A stretch of 64,000 nucleotides of DNA from sequence record LC727697.1. One strand, written 5' to 3'. Origin of the DNA: Pseudomonas phage sp. 30-2. Below the pieces are notes generated by a model, which saw nothing but the letters and a program-made list of their open reading frames with translations, did no database searches and had not been told where the DNA came from. Made by a program: the position numbers and the translations under genes. Below, one piece after another: positions 1 to 9,708 of this stretch (positions are counted from its first letter, which is position 1; each line of letters begins with the position of its first letter).

Positions 1-336
1 TTTTACTGTTACATCTTTAGGATTTCCGGATTCGGGATTGGCAATTGTAAGTTTATCACCAGTTTTTAATTTCTTAAAATTAGGAGTATCTTTTAAATTA
101 GTTAAATCAGCAGCAGTAATTTTTTGTTGTTGACTTGGTGCAATTGAAGTATCCCTTACAGCAGAATAACTATTATCTAATGATTCTACTATATGTTTTA
201 TAATGTCAGAATCTATGTGGTCTTGACTCTCAGTTAATGCCACAAAATCCTTAAATGAAATATATTTCATAAATGAACGTAATTCTAGTTCGTTTAAACC
301 AAATTGTTCTTTTAATATTTGTTCTAATTTTATTTT
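1..336 (-). CDS. hypothetical protein, partial (start codon at 336, continues beyond the left edge)
   Basis: Minus-strand ORF starting at ATG 336..334, immediately after the stop of the 339..803 ORF. Translation begins MNKIKLEQILKEQFGLNELELRSF. It is not in the ORF track because it is incomplete. Confidence 0.4.
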
Positions 337-338
337 AT

Positions 339-803
339 TCATATTAATGAAGATCTCACAAATTCTATGTTTAAACCCGACCCATATGTTCTTATAATGG
401 TACCTGACGGCAATATAATACCATCTAGTTCGTCTACTAATAACCCAGTTGTTCCGGGTGTACCATATGGGTTATAATTAGTAAACACTTCCGGCATTTC
501 ACATGCGAATTTCCATACAAATCCTTCGCCAATTAATGTAGGGGCACCATATGCAGCTAAATTAGCAACAGGAACAGGATTATTCATTATAACTGGCATA
601 GCTCTGAGACCTATACTTTGAAGAAGTATTTCGAAATTCTTTTGGCTTATATCATGTATATTATTTGTTACTAAGATGTTTATCCCTTCTGCGTTTTCGG
701 GATCAGTATATGCCTTATCGGATTGCGCATATACTATAAAATAGGGTACATCGGCAGTTAGATTTTGTTGGGCACTACTAGTACCATGAATTTTTTGTGT
801 CAT
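339..803 (-). CDS. hypothetical protein (154 aa)
   Basis: Complete ORF in a tightly packed minus-strand gene array. No recognisable motif. Confidence 0.4.
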   Translation of the reverse strand: MTQKIHGTSSAQQNLTADVPYFIVYAQSDKAYTDPENAEGINILVTNNIHDISQKNFEILLQSIGLRAMPVIMNNPVPVANLAAYGAPTLIGEGFVWKFACEMPEVFTNYNPYGTPGTTGLLVDELDGIILPSGTIIRTYGSGLNIEFVRSSLI

Positions 804-921
804 TGCTATTACCTATACACATATTATATAGGTATTTATCGCATATGTAAAGTTTTTTCTACACACTAAGAACAAGAAAGGGCTTAATAAGCCCTTTCAA
901 GTTTTATTTAAGTTAACTATA

Positions 922-1224
922 TTAAACTACAGTAAACTTACCTACAGTAACAGTACCAGTCAAACCAGCAGCAGTTAATGCAGCTTCTAGGTCTGCCTTG
1001 GTCCAGCCGTCGCCAGCATTTTCTACAGCAACATGCATTACACCGGCATCGAATTCTATAATAACTAGAGTCGATTTTAAAGAAACAGTGCGATATACTT
1101 GTTCTGCTACGCTGTTAGGTAATTGCGGGTTTACGTCAACGCTAGCAACTTCGATTTTTAGATATTGCAGATGACCAGTTAAGTTAGTACCTGCTAAGAT
1201 GCCGCCATGTACTTTTTGTACCAT
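922..1224 (-). CDS. hypothetical protein (100 aa)
   Basis: Complete ORF. Gly/Thr/Val-rich C-terminus. Confidence 0.4.
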   Translation of the reverse strand: MVQKVHGGILAGTNLTGHLQYLKIEVASVDVNPQLPNSVAEQVYRTVSLKSTLVIIEFDAGVMHVAVENAGDGWTKADLEAALTAAGLTGTVTVGKFTVV

Positions 1225-1290
1225 GTTAAATATTCTCCATTAATTAATTTATACAAAGTTTCCTTTGTAGCTATAGTTATTTATCTTTTT

Positions 1291-1764
1291 CTATTGTTTA
1301 TTAGTTTTTTCCGGAAATTTTGTAGAGTATTCTGCCGGAATAAGAGTTATTTCATATGCATTTCCATCCGTTGTACTAACTAACGCAACTATGCCGTTGG
1401 CTGTAGATTTTATAGAAACTATATCTTTTATAAAATCACACTTTCCTATACTAGAAATAAGGTCTATTAATCTAGTAGGTCTACTTTCTTGCAAAGATAC
1501 CCTCTCTTCTAGACCGGGATACGGAAGTGACTTAATTACATTGCCGTGTTTATAGTAAAATTTTCCGCCAAAGTTGTACCCAAATATAACTTCGCCTTTG
1601 TGCTTTCTATGAAATTCTGCTTGAGTTCCATTGTTTTTTATGTCATCCCAGTCTACTTTTATATTAGTTGTATTGTCTATAGACGACATAATTTTGTCAA
1701 AACGTGATTGATAACTAGACATAAAAATCCTAAATATATTTTTGTATTTCTGTAGGAAATACAA
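1291..1764 (-). CDS. hypothetical protein (start possibly at an internal Met)
   Basis: ORF overlaps the upstream gene by 35 nt. The internal Met (MSSYQSRFDKIM) is more likely the true start. Confidence 0.3.
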   Translation of the reverse strand: MYFLQKYKNIFRIFMSSYQSRFDKIMSSIDNTTNIKVDWDDIKNNGTQAEFHRKHKGEVIFGYNFGGKFYYKHGNVIKSLPYPGLEERVSLQESRPTRLIDLISSIGKCDFIKDIVSIKSTANGIVALVSTTDGNAYEITLIPAEYSTKFPEKTNKQ

Positions 1765-2443
1765 AACCGTCCACTATATTAGCATTTTTAAAATTATTTG
1801 CTATAGCAGAATACGTCGCTTCTGGATCTCCTTCATAATACGGAATAAAATTATATAAATCCTCTAAAGAATTTATATTAGCCCCTAGTACATATTTTAT
1901 TAAAGTAGGATGGGTAGTTTGCGATATAGTAACATCAGGTATAGATGTATCGTAATATCGATTTATTCGTACCATACCCCTAACAGGCGACCATATATAT
2001 CTAGAAACATAATCAGTAGTGGGATCCAAGAATTGTGTTTGGAAAATTCCAGAAATTGCTAAATTTCTATGAGATCCTTTATATGCTGAGTTTTCATCTC
2101 TAAAATAATATAATTTTAGCCAATTAACTTCCCCGTGCATAAAATCTACCTGATAATATTTAGTATCGGTGTGCTGATATTTAACAGAGAAAGATGGCTG
2201 TCCGCCATGTTGGATTACATTTTCTTGACCAAACGAAGATAATAATAAAGATTTAAAATCAGATAACGTTATATAATCTTTATCTATTGCTAAATCTATA
2301 TCACCTGTTACTGGAAATTTTCCAGTAGATCCTAAATAGTTATTCGATAAAGATAAACTAAGAATACTTTCTAACGACAACACTATATCTGGTAATACCG
2401 ATAAGCTCACCGGTTCTAATTGACCAAATGCATTTCCGCTCAT
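1730..2443 (-). CDS. Pol-beta superfamily nucleotidyltransferase-fold protein
   Basis: Motif LGSTGKFPVTGDIDLAID matches the hG[GS]x9-13 Dh[DE]h signature of minimal nucleotidyltransferases. 237 aa. Confidence 0.5.
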   Translation of the reverse strand: MSGNAFGQLEPVSLSVLPDIVLSLESILSLSLSNNYLGSTGKFPVTGDIDLAIDKDYITLSDFKSLLLSSFGQENVIQHGGQPSFSVKYQHTDTKYYQVDFMHGEVNWLKLYYFRDENSAYKGSHRNLAISGIFQTQFLDPTTDYVSRYIWSPVRGMVRINRYYDTSIPDVTISQTTHPTLIKYVLGANINSLEDLYNFIPYYEGDPEATYSAIANNFKNANIVDGFVFPTEIQKYI

Positions 2444-2688
2444 TATTTTAATACGTCCGATATTGATAGATTTATTTTGCTCAAATCTGCATTATAACCT
2501 TGCGCAATGCGATCGCCTGTTTTCCAACGTTTTATTACAGATCGCTTCGCTGCGCCTGCGCCGAGGTCGCCTAATTTAATTCTCTTATTAATTATTTTAA
2601 TGACCTTTTGATATAAACTCTTATCGAAAGCTATATCCTTAGTAATATCGGATACAGGAGTTTTACTTTGTATTTCATCTAATCGCAT
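2443..2688 (-). CDS. small basic hypothetical protein (81 aa)
   Basis: Complete ORF whose start overlaps the neighbouring stop (ATGA overlap) in a minus-strand operon. Confidence 0.35.
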   Translation of the reverse strand: MRLDEIQSKTPVSDITKDIAFDKSLYQKVIKIINKRIKLGDLGAGAAKRSVIKRWKTGDRIAQGYNADLSKINLSISDVLK

Positions 2689-3698
2689 TGTAAACCCTTA
2701 TTAATTATTGTTGCGTTCCTTGGCATTTGGGATTTCTTATAAACTTCTATCCGTCTGTTAGGCTCGGATTGACTAGTAAATAAGCTAGGATATCCAAATG
2801 TATCTACATCAATATATGTTAGTGTCTGGTCATTTGACCGTCGCCTAATCCTAATATATAATTCTTCCGAATTTATTAAATCAGAAACAGTTAAAAATTT
2901 ACCATTAAATGTAATTACATTATCTGTAACAGAATATTTTACATCCATGGGACCTATGTATAGATAATCTATGGGTCCTCCCATTTCTTTTGTACCTTTT
3001 ACTATCTTAGTAGCAACAGAAACTGGAATTTTATAAAATACATCCGCTGGGTCATTTTTAGAAAATTCGTGACCCTGTTTATATCCTTTGTTTTTAAAGT
3101 ATTCTATAGCACATTGCAACGGTTCGTTCATAAATCCGGGTGCTATTACGTTTATGCCTGCTAGGCCACCACCTGCTATAGACGGTGACGTAACACCTTT
3201 CATACTTATATTGTAGCACGCTCCGTTAACTGTATTAAGAACAACATCAGTGTACGGTTCTTTTCCTAAACTGTTTCTCCCACTATATTTATATGCATTT
3301 GTAACATTTTCTATTTTTAAATTAGCATTAATAGTGACAGGGCAACTACTTGTTTCATTATTTATTATAGATACAAAGGAATGCTCTTGCCTTTCTAATA
3401 ACTGTTTACTTCCAGGTTTTCCGCCAAATTCACTAGATTTTAATATTTCAGAAAGGGCTACAGTATCACTACCGGACGGGAATACAATTTTATTCCCATT
3501 TTTTAACGATTCTAGCGACTTCTCTAAACCCGAAGAACGTAAAAATTTAACAAATTTAGAATTAGCTACAGTAGACTTATATCCTAATTTTATTTTACTA
3601 CCATTTACTAGTGTAAAATACTCTCTATTTTCTATTTTATTAAGAAATATATCCCAATTATTTCTTTTTAATAGTTGAGTTTTACTTAAATGTGCCAT
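2679..3698 (-). CDS. hypothetical protein (339 aa)
   Basis: Complete ORF directly downstream of the ligase gene. No motif recognised. Confidence 0.4.
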   Translation of the reverse strand: MAHLSKTQLLKRNNWDIFLNKIENREYFTLVNGSKIKLGYKSTVANSKFVKFLRSSGLEKSLESLKNGNKIVFPSGSDTVALSEILKSSEFGGKPGSKQLLERQEHSFVSIINNETSSCPVTINANLKIENVTNAYKYSGRNSLGKEPYTDVVLNTVNGACYNISMKGVTSPSIAGGGLAGINVIAPGFMNEPLQCAIEYFKNKGYKQGHEFSKNDPADVFYKIPVSVATKIVKGTKEMGGPIDYLYIGPMDVKYSVTDNVITFNGKFLTVSDLINSEELYIRIRRRSNDQTLTYIDVDTFGYPSLFTSQSEPNRRIEVYKKSQMPRNATIINKGLQCD

Positions 3699-5039
3699 CT
3701 ATATAGACGCCAACTTATTAAATAATTCTTTTACAGAACTAGAATTACTAACTATTTCTTTCGCATTATACAATCTATTCCTAAGATTAGAAATTGCTTC
3801 TAATGTTTTTGTATGAACAGAATCGTTATATCTAAATGTATATTTCATATACGATATATATACTACTTTTTCCATATCTTTATATCTGTTTAAATAAGAT
3901 TTAGTAAAAGTGTCTAGCTCGTTTATAGATTCAGATAGTATTCCTAATATTACATTTTTATCTATATTATTTAGAATTCTATCATCAATGTTTACTTGTT
4001 TGCGCCTAACTGTGCCTAGATTTTTATTGCCGAGGACTTTGCCTACTTTTATAAAAGTTTCACTAAATAGAGAAGTTTGTCCGGAGATATTATCATTCGT
4101 TGCCAATCTACAAAGTGCATTACTGTACATATGATAAAATTCATTTACTTCAGTAAATAAAGTCTTATCTACAATTTTTACTTGCATACTAGGTGTACGT
4201 ATTACATATCCTTCTACAAAAGTAGCACCGAAATTAGATTTTAAAGATATATCATTTAATATACGTTCTTTTAACTTAGAAGAAAACTCTTTTGTTTTGT
4301 TGAAAATATACTCTCTATTATCTTTAATGAGTTGTTTGCTATCTTCAGTAACTTTCTCGCTATTTAACCTACTGGTCACTTTAAGTTCAATTGATTTTAA
4401 ATTAGTCATCCCTTCTATTTTAGAAGGAGAACTAGCAAAGTCTACTATATCTTTTAAAATTGTATCTAATTGAAGATTAACATTAGATAGTTTTATACTT
4501 TCTAATTTAGAAAATTCCCATTCTGTTATACTCGTCTCTTCAGTAAAACCTACACCATTGTCATTTACCACAGGTATAGACAACTCAACACAATCTCTTA
4601 TGTTATTCATTGCTGTAGATACACAATCAAACGAATTGCCGTTTAAATTTCTTAAAAACACAATTCGATTAATGCCGTCATATTCAATTACGTTGGGTAT
4701 CTTCCCGTATAATACTTCAATTTCATATATATCTCCAACTGATAATCCACTTTTAATTAAAATGTCTTTATTTTGTTCTAACAGGGTGTGGGCTATTATA
4801 TGGTATACATTCTTAAATGTCTTTTCTAATGCAGAAATATTATAAATTCTAGTTCCACCCTTACCTTCCCTGGATGTAAATAGACCTATATTATCTAACC
4901 CCATACATAAATAGTAACCGTCTATTTTTTCTGTTATAGTAGCTTCATGCATGGAATTAACAAATGATACTAATTCTGTGAGTGTTAAGTTATCTAAATG
5001 TTTAATCCCTTTGTGTTTTTGTATTTCTGCAATATTCAT
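3699..5039 (-). CDS. ATP-dependent nucleic-acid ligase (RNA-ligase-like nucleotidyltransferase)
   Basis: TEKIDGYYL matches ligase motif I (KxDG, lysine adenylation site), comparable to T4 Rnl1 KEDGSL. 446 aa. Confidence 0.5.
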   Translation of the reverse strand: MNIAEIQKHKGIKHLDNLTLTELVSFVNSMHEATITEKIDGYYLCMGLDNIGLFTSREGKGGTRIYNISALEKTFKNVYHIIAHTLLEQNKDILIKSGLSVGDIYEIEVLYGKIPNVIEYDGINRIVFLRNLNGNSFDCVSTAMNNIRDCVELSIPVVNDNGVGFTEETSITEWEFSKLESIKLSNVNLQLDTILKDIVDFASSPSKIEGMTNLKSIELKVTSRLNSEKVTEDSKQLIKDNREYIFNKTKEFSSKLKERILNDISLKSNFGATFVEGYVIRTPSMQVKIVDKTLFTEVNEFYHMYSNALCRLATNDNISGQTSLFSETFIKVGKVLGNKNLGTVRRKQVNIDDRILNNIDKNVILGILSESINELDTFTKSYLNRYKDMEKVVYISYMKYTFRYNDSVHTKTLEAISNLRNRLYNAKEIVSNSSSVKELFNKLASI

Positions 5040-5071
5040 ACTATTACCTTATTATTCGAAGTTATAATAGC

Positions 5072-5110
5072 AAAAATCCCGTTATTGCGTCAAGCAGTAA
5101 CGGGATTTTT
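5072..5110. terminator. bidirectional intrinsic terminator hairpin
   Basis: AAAAATCCCGTTA-loop-TAACGGGATTTTT: 9-bp GC-containing stem flanked by A5/T5, between convergent gene ends. Confidence 0.6.
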
Positions 5111-5123
5111 ATAGAAAATAATA

Positions 5124-6323
5124 TTACCGATGTTTTCTATTTAACCGTTTAGATTCATTATCTGGATCGAGTTCATTGGTATCTCGGTGTTCAGTCTCAG
5201 AAGTTAATTGAGTAATAATATCTAAAACATCTTTGTCAGATAAAGTAGACTTTTCCATTATAGGAGATTCGATACTTTCAGGAAGAAGTTTATACAATCT
5301 AGATTGGTTTCTTTTTAGCCATGATAGTACGGGCGCTCGCAACCCTGCTTTCTTAATAAGAGATGCTACCCTAACCAATTCTTCGTTATAATCTTCTTCT
5401 TTTGTAATTCCTGCTTCTTTGAATATATTTTTGATTTCTCTATCACTAAATTTAAAATCTTTGAGAATTTGCTCTATATCTGCACTATCAGTAGAACCGT
5501 GATATTTATTCTTCCATACTCGTTTTAGTATATCTGCATCAACTTCGCCGCGACCGCCATTTAGACCTAATTGTCCCTTTAATACATCTAGCTTATTAGA
5601 TGCATTTTGTCCTACATTTGAATTGCCGATAGTGTCTGTGACTCTAGACCAAGCCCTCGATAAAAAATCCAATGGTCCTTCGTTTATAATAGATTCATTT
5701 GTAGAGGAAGTATCATCTAATTCTTTATTGACTTTATCTAATGCAAATGATAACATCGCAAATATTTCGTTTGCTACTGTTCCTTTTTTAGCAGATTCTG
5801 CGGCGGCAGATAAAGTAGATGATATAAATGCAGCGGCGGCAGAATTAGATAGCTGTCTCATTAAATAATCTACCATTTTATTAACATCTGCTGCTCGTCT
5901 TTGGCCAGATAATGCAGTCTTTATATCTACTTTATCTTTTATTGCCTGTTTATTAAGTTTACGCTGAGCTTCTTCGGCAGTTTCTTTATCATCTGACTGA
6001 ACTTCATGTGATATTTCAGTTTGTTCTGCCTGATCATATATTTGGTCTATTACGGGCTCTATTCGCTGTTTAACTTGATTGGCAGCATTTGATGCACTTC
6101 TGTTATCAGAGGTAAAGGATCCTAAAAATCCTTTACCAGATCCTCTTTTCTTAGAAGCAATGTTGAATATATTTACTATTTCTCCCGGAGAAATAAATGC
6201 CTCTATGATTGTAGTAAACTCCGAAATATCGTTACGCACAGATTCATAGAGACGGTTTAGATCTTTTAATTCCTGTTTAGATTTTTCTGTAGATAAAAAT
6301 CTTTTAAAAGTTTTATTAGTCAT
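5124..6323 (-). CDS. hypothetical protein (399 aa)
   Basis: Complete ORF. Ala/Ser-rich central region. Confidence 0.4.
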   Translation of the reverse strand: MTNKTFKRFLSTEKSKQELKDLNRLYESVRNDISEFTTIIEAFISPGEIVNIFNIASKKRGSGKGFLGSFTSDNRSASNAANQVKQRIEPVIDQIYDQAEQTEISHEVQSDDKETAEEAQRKLNKQAIKDKVDIKTALSGQRRAADVNKMVDYLMRQLSNSAAAAFISSTLSAAAESAKKGTVANEIFAMLSFALDKVNKELDDTSSTNESIINEGPLDFLSRAWSRVTDTIGNSNVGQNASNKLDVLKGQLGLNGGRGEVDADILKRVWKNKYHGSTDSADIEQILKDFKFSDREIKNIFKEAGITKEEDYNEELVRVASLIKKAGLRAPVLSWLKRNQSRLYKLLPESIESPIMEKSTLSDKDVLDIITQLTSETEHRDTNELDPDNESKRLNRKHR

Positions 6324-6927
6324 CGTTTTCTAATTCTCGTATTAGCGTAAGAAGTTGTCTTTTATTTAACACACCTGATGTTACAAATCTTTGAATACGC
6401 TCCATGTCTTCCTGTTGTTCTGGAGTCAATTCAAATGTATTAGCTTTAGTGTAGGAGTTAAGTTCGCCTGCTATGTCAGGTCTTGGCTCGGGAGCGCGGG
6501 TGGTCGCTGGTCGTTGTGTTTGTTTAGGTTGTTCAGGTTTTGTTTCTAGTTTTTGTGTATCTGGAATAATTTCAGGTATTTTTGTTTGGACTTTTAATTT
6601 ACCTTGAATTATATCTTGCACCTGCTCTTCCGGATATCCTAAACCTATAAGAAACTGCTTTACATATTCTGGATCAGTTTCTTTTTTTTCTGGACCTACT
6701 TTTGCATTATCTTCACTTGCTTTTTTAACAAATTGTTTAACGACTTCTTTAGTAGTACGTTTAGTAGGCGCTTTTTTATTAGGTTGTTTAGAAGCTATCT
6801 TCTTTTTAGAAGAAGATTCTGCATCAGATACATCCGGTGCTTCATGCATATAGCTGCTCTGTTGTGCTACCGGACTGTTTAACCCAATGAAATCGTCAAA
6901 TGTACTAGCTTCGAATACTTTTTTCAT
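6316..6927 (-). CDS. hypothetical protein (203 aa, Lys/Pro/Glu-rich)
   Basis: Complete ORF with low-complexity charged sequence. Confidence 0.35.
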   Translation of the reverse strand: MKKVFEASTFDDFIGLNSPVAQQSSYMHEAPDVSDAESSSKKKIASKQPNKKAPTKRTTKEVVKQFVKKASEDNAKVGPEKKETDPEYVKQFLIGLGYPEEQVQDIIQGKLKVQTKIPEIIPDTQKLETKPEQPKQTQRPATTRAPEPRPDIAGELNSYTKANTFELTPEQQEDMERIQRFVTSGVLNKRQLLTLIRELENDD

Positions 6928-6929
6928 TA

Positions 6930-7169
6930 TTATTCCTTAAGTTTTCTCACTGACTTACTAAATCGTTTAGCATCCTTGTATTTGATACTACTAAGTAATT
7001 TTTTTTCTAATTGCTCTGCGTCTGCATCAGAGTAATTAGATTCGATATACTCAATTAGATGAATTGCAGATTGTATTATATGTTCTGCTCTATATTCTAT
7101 CAATTCTTCTTTGCTCTTAGAAGGAACATAATTATTAAGTTCTTCTAAAATACTACGTCTAGTACTCAC
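6930..7169 (-). CDS. hypothetical protein (79 aa)
   Basis: Complete small ORF in the operon. Confidence 0.3.
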   Translation of the reverse strand: MSTRRSILEELNNYVPSKSKEELIEYRAEHIIQSAIHLIEYIESNYSDADAEQLEKKLLSSIKYKDAKRFSKSVRKLKE

Positions 7170-7209
7170 ATCAGTATCCCCTATTCGTTATATTTATCTA
7201 CTATTACTA

Positions 7210-8649
7210 TTATCTGTTGCCGCTAAGTAGATTACGAAGCCGGGCACTTTTTTCTACCATAGATTCTGCCGGTTTTTGTTCAATAACAGGTGTCTTTTGT
7301 ACATGAGTATCTTTATTATTAGGTGTGTCTAATGACCTATCTGCGCGGAGTTTATCAATAACACTCCTTGTATTCTCGGATAATGCGCTAGCTTGTTCTG
7401 GATCTAAATCAGATAATCTTAGTGTTCTTTGATCAAACGCAAGATCTACTTTCTGCCCGACGCCCGACGACGAACGTGTTTTAAGAAATTGAATTTGATA
7501 TCTTCCATTTTCTCTCATAGCTTGCGTTGTAAAAATAGCTATTACATTATCGGCAGTATTAATCTTAGAAATACCCCCAGAAATGTGTTCATGTCCAAAA
7601 TCTACAGATTCGTGTGAATTTCTGTTTAACTGCGATGCAGTGACTAATAGAATTTGAAGCTCAACTGCTAAGTTCCTTAATTCTTCAGAAACGTATTTGT
7701 CTTTAACAAACAGATCCGATGGACTTACCTTTTTACTTATAGGCATACACAAATCCAAATAGTCTAACATTATTGCATCTACTTTTAATCCTGTTTGAAT
7801 TTCGTATTCTTTTATATAAGAACGTATATCGTTGGCTGTACAACCATTGGGTAATTGCTTAATTCGAAGGGAGCCCTTAGTTTTCTTTTTAGATTCAATA
7901 ACTTTTATAGCTACGTCATCTACCCTGCGTAAAACTTCTTTTGTATCAATACCTGTGTTCATAGAATCTATGCGCATAGAACATAAGTTTTCGCTCAATT
8001 CTAAACTAAGGTAAACTACGTTAAGTCCTGCTATAGCCCAATTTAACCCTATATTTTGTAGGAATATAGATTTGCCAGCGCCCGATTGTCCTGCAAAAAT
8101 ATTTAGAGCGCCGCGCTCAAAACCACCGTACAGTTTTGCATCTAAATCTTTCATGCCAGTTGACACTAACGATTTTCTGTCTTTAATGGCATTAAGTCTA
8201 GACAGTGGATCTCCAAAATAATCAGTACCTAAATCTTTAACTAATGCAATAGAAACTGCATTCTTAACTTTTTGTTCAACTTCTCCGTACCGACCGGTAA
8301 CTAATAAATCAGGAGACTCTAATATCACATTCTCTAGTTGTTTATGCCTAGCAAATGTTTCGTATTCTTCTAAAAACCAATTTTTGTGGCTATCATGTAT
8401 GTTATCTAATAACTCAAATGATTTTCCTGTTATGGCAGATACTTGTTCTACAGTAGGAAGAGTACTATGTTTATCTGCATGTTCATTTAGAAAATCTATA
8501 ACTTTTTGGTTAATCTTATCCGAATAGTGGTCTCGTTGTATTATAGATCGGCATCTAATAAACAATTCTGGGTCAGTTAAGAAAAATTTTATAAACAAAT
8601 CTTCTACGCCAGTATTATAATCCTTTACTACGTCTTTGTTTTGTTTCAC
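7210..8649 (-). CDS. 41: DnaB-family replicative DNA helicase (T4 gp41-like)
   Basis: Walker A AGQSGAGKS followed by NVVYLSLELSENLCSMRIDSM aligns with T4 gp41 AGVNVGKSL...NVLYISMEMAEEVCAKRIDAN. Length 479 aa vs 475 aa for gp41. Confidence 0.85.
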   Translation of the reverse strand: MKQNKDVVKDYNTGVEDLFIKFFLTDPELFIRCRSIIQRDHYSDKINQKVIDFLNEHADKHSTLPTVEQVSAITGKSFELLDNIHDSHKNWFLEEYETFARHKQLENVILESPDLLVTGRYGEVEQKVKNAVSIALVKDLGTDYFGDPLSRLNAIKDRKSLVSTGMKDLDAKLYGGFERGALNIFAGQSGAGKSIFLQNIGLNWAIAGLNVVYLSLELSENLCSMRIDSMNTGIDTKEVLRRVDDVAIKVIESKKKTKGSLRIKQLPNGCTANDIRSYIKEYEIQTGLKVDAIMLDYLDLCMPISKKVSPSDLFVKDKYVSEELRNLAVELQILLVTASQLNRNSHESVDFGHEHISGGISKINTADNVIAIFTTQAMRENGRYQIQFLKTRSSSGVGQKVDLAFDQRTLRLSDLDPEQASALSENTRSVIDKLRADRSLDTPNNKDTHVQKTPVIEQKPAESMVEKSARLRNLLSGNR

Positions 8650-8650
8650 A

Positions 8651-9679
8651 CTATATTCCTTTTATTTTTCTTTTAATTCGTATGGCAGTAGAATTCCGTT
8701 CGATACCGTATATAATACTCTGAACTGTAAGTAATCTTCCATATTTTTGGGATGCTTCACTAGCATCTTTTATATTATTATCCCAATTAGGAAATGATAC
8801 ATACCAGTTATATTCTAAAGCAGAATCTACTAAATGACTGCCGTTACTATCAAAATCAGGCAATACTATTATTTCTTTGCCTAGCGAGTTTATTATATTT
8901 GCTTGATGTTTACTTACAGAACCCATGGTAGATACTCCATCTACCATTATAGCATCTATTACTCCTTCCGTTAGTATAACATATTTTCTATTGTAGGATC
9001 TTTGGGAATCTAACCCATACACAAAATGTTCGGGGAATCTATTTTCATATCTTCTTATTTCTAATTCATTTGGTTGTTCTTCAAAATATCTTCCGCAATA
9101 TCCTACAACTTTTCCATTATATGTGAACGGAAGTATTATTCGTTTATTCCATAAAAATTTCTGAGAGGGTGACCAGTATATATTAGACATATCCGGAAAT
9201 CCTCTAGATAAGGCATACATTGCACATTTAAGAAGATTGGGATCATTAGGAGATATTTCTAACCATTCTAATATAGGTTTAGAATTTTTAGGAAGACTAG
9301 TAGTAGTCCAATTAGTTTTAATACTTAATTCTAGTTCGGGAGTTTTAAATATGTCTCCTGCTTCTTTCTCTCTAAATGCCTGGAATTTAAGTTTACGAAT
9401 ATCATCATCGGATGTACCTATATGTCGTAGAAGGAACTCTATTTTCTCTCCTATCAGAGCCCCCGGAGTCCATTTTGTTACAAATGTACAGTTAAAGCAA
9501 TGGACCCCTATTGTTCCATCCGATTCAAACATAACACCGAACCGTTTTCGCTTATCAGCAGTTGTACCCATAGCGACACACAAAGGACAATTACAAACTA
9601 ACCATCCTTTGTTTCCTGGCTTTAAATACGGAAGTCTAGAAGTTATTTCTTGTTTTAAAAGTTCGCTAATCACGCGCAC
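8651..9679 (-). CDS. 61: DNA primase (T4 gp61-like; Zn-ribbon + TOPRIM)
   Basis: CNCPLC...HCFNC zinc ribbon like gp61 CPVCGD...HCYNC. TOPRIM-like ILTEGVIDAIM. 342 aa, identical in length to T4 gp61. Confidence 0.85.
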   Translation of the reverse strand: MRVISELLKQEITSRLPYLKPGNKGWLVCNCPLCVAMGTTADKRKRFGVMFESDGTIGVHCFNCTFVTKWTPGALIGEKIEFLLRHIGTSDDDIRKLKFQAFREKEAGDIFKTPELELSIKTNWTTTSLPKNSKPILEWLEISPNDPNLLKCAMYALSRGFPDMSNIYWSPSQKFLWNKRIILPFTYNGKVVGYCGRYFEEQPNELEIRRYENRFPEHFVYGLDSQRSYNRKYVILTEGVIDAIMVDGVSTMGSVSKHQANIINSLGKEIIVLPDFDSNGSHLVDSALEYNWYVSFPNWDNNIKDASEASQKYGRLLTVQSIIYGIERNSTAIRIKRKIKGI

Positions 9680-9708
9680 ATTATAGCATGCACGTTTTTC
9701 GTTGTCAA

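Noticed and set aside
3250-3678. Plus-strand ORFs embedded antisense within long minus-strand genes (e.g. 3250..3678, 3910..4134, 4558..4845, 5623..5868, 36025..36426, 37282..37647, 38434..38997, 63134..63565). The same applies to minus-strand ORFs inside the plus-strand fibre genes (53764..53991, 54229..54588, 55680..55913, 57148..57387, 60763..61149).
   Set aside because: These are shadow ORFs. They overlap well-supported genes on the opposite strand, have low-complexity or hydrophobic junk translations, and lack motifs and plausible ribosome-binding sites.
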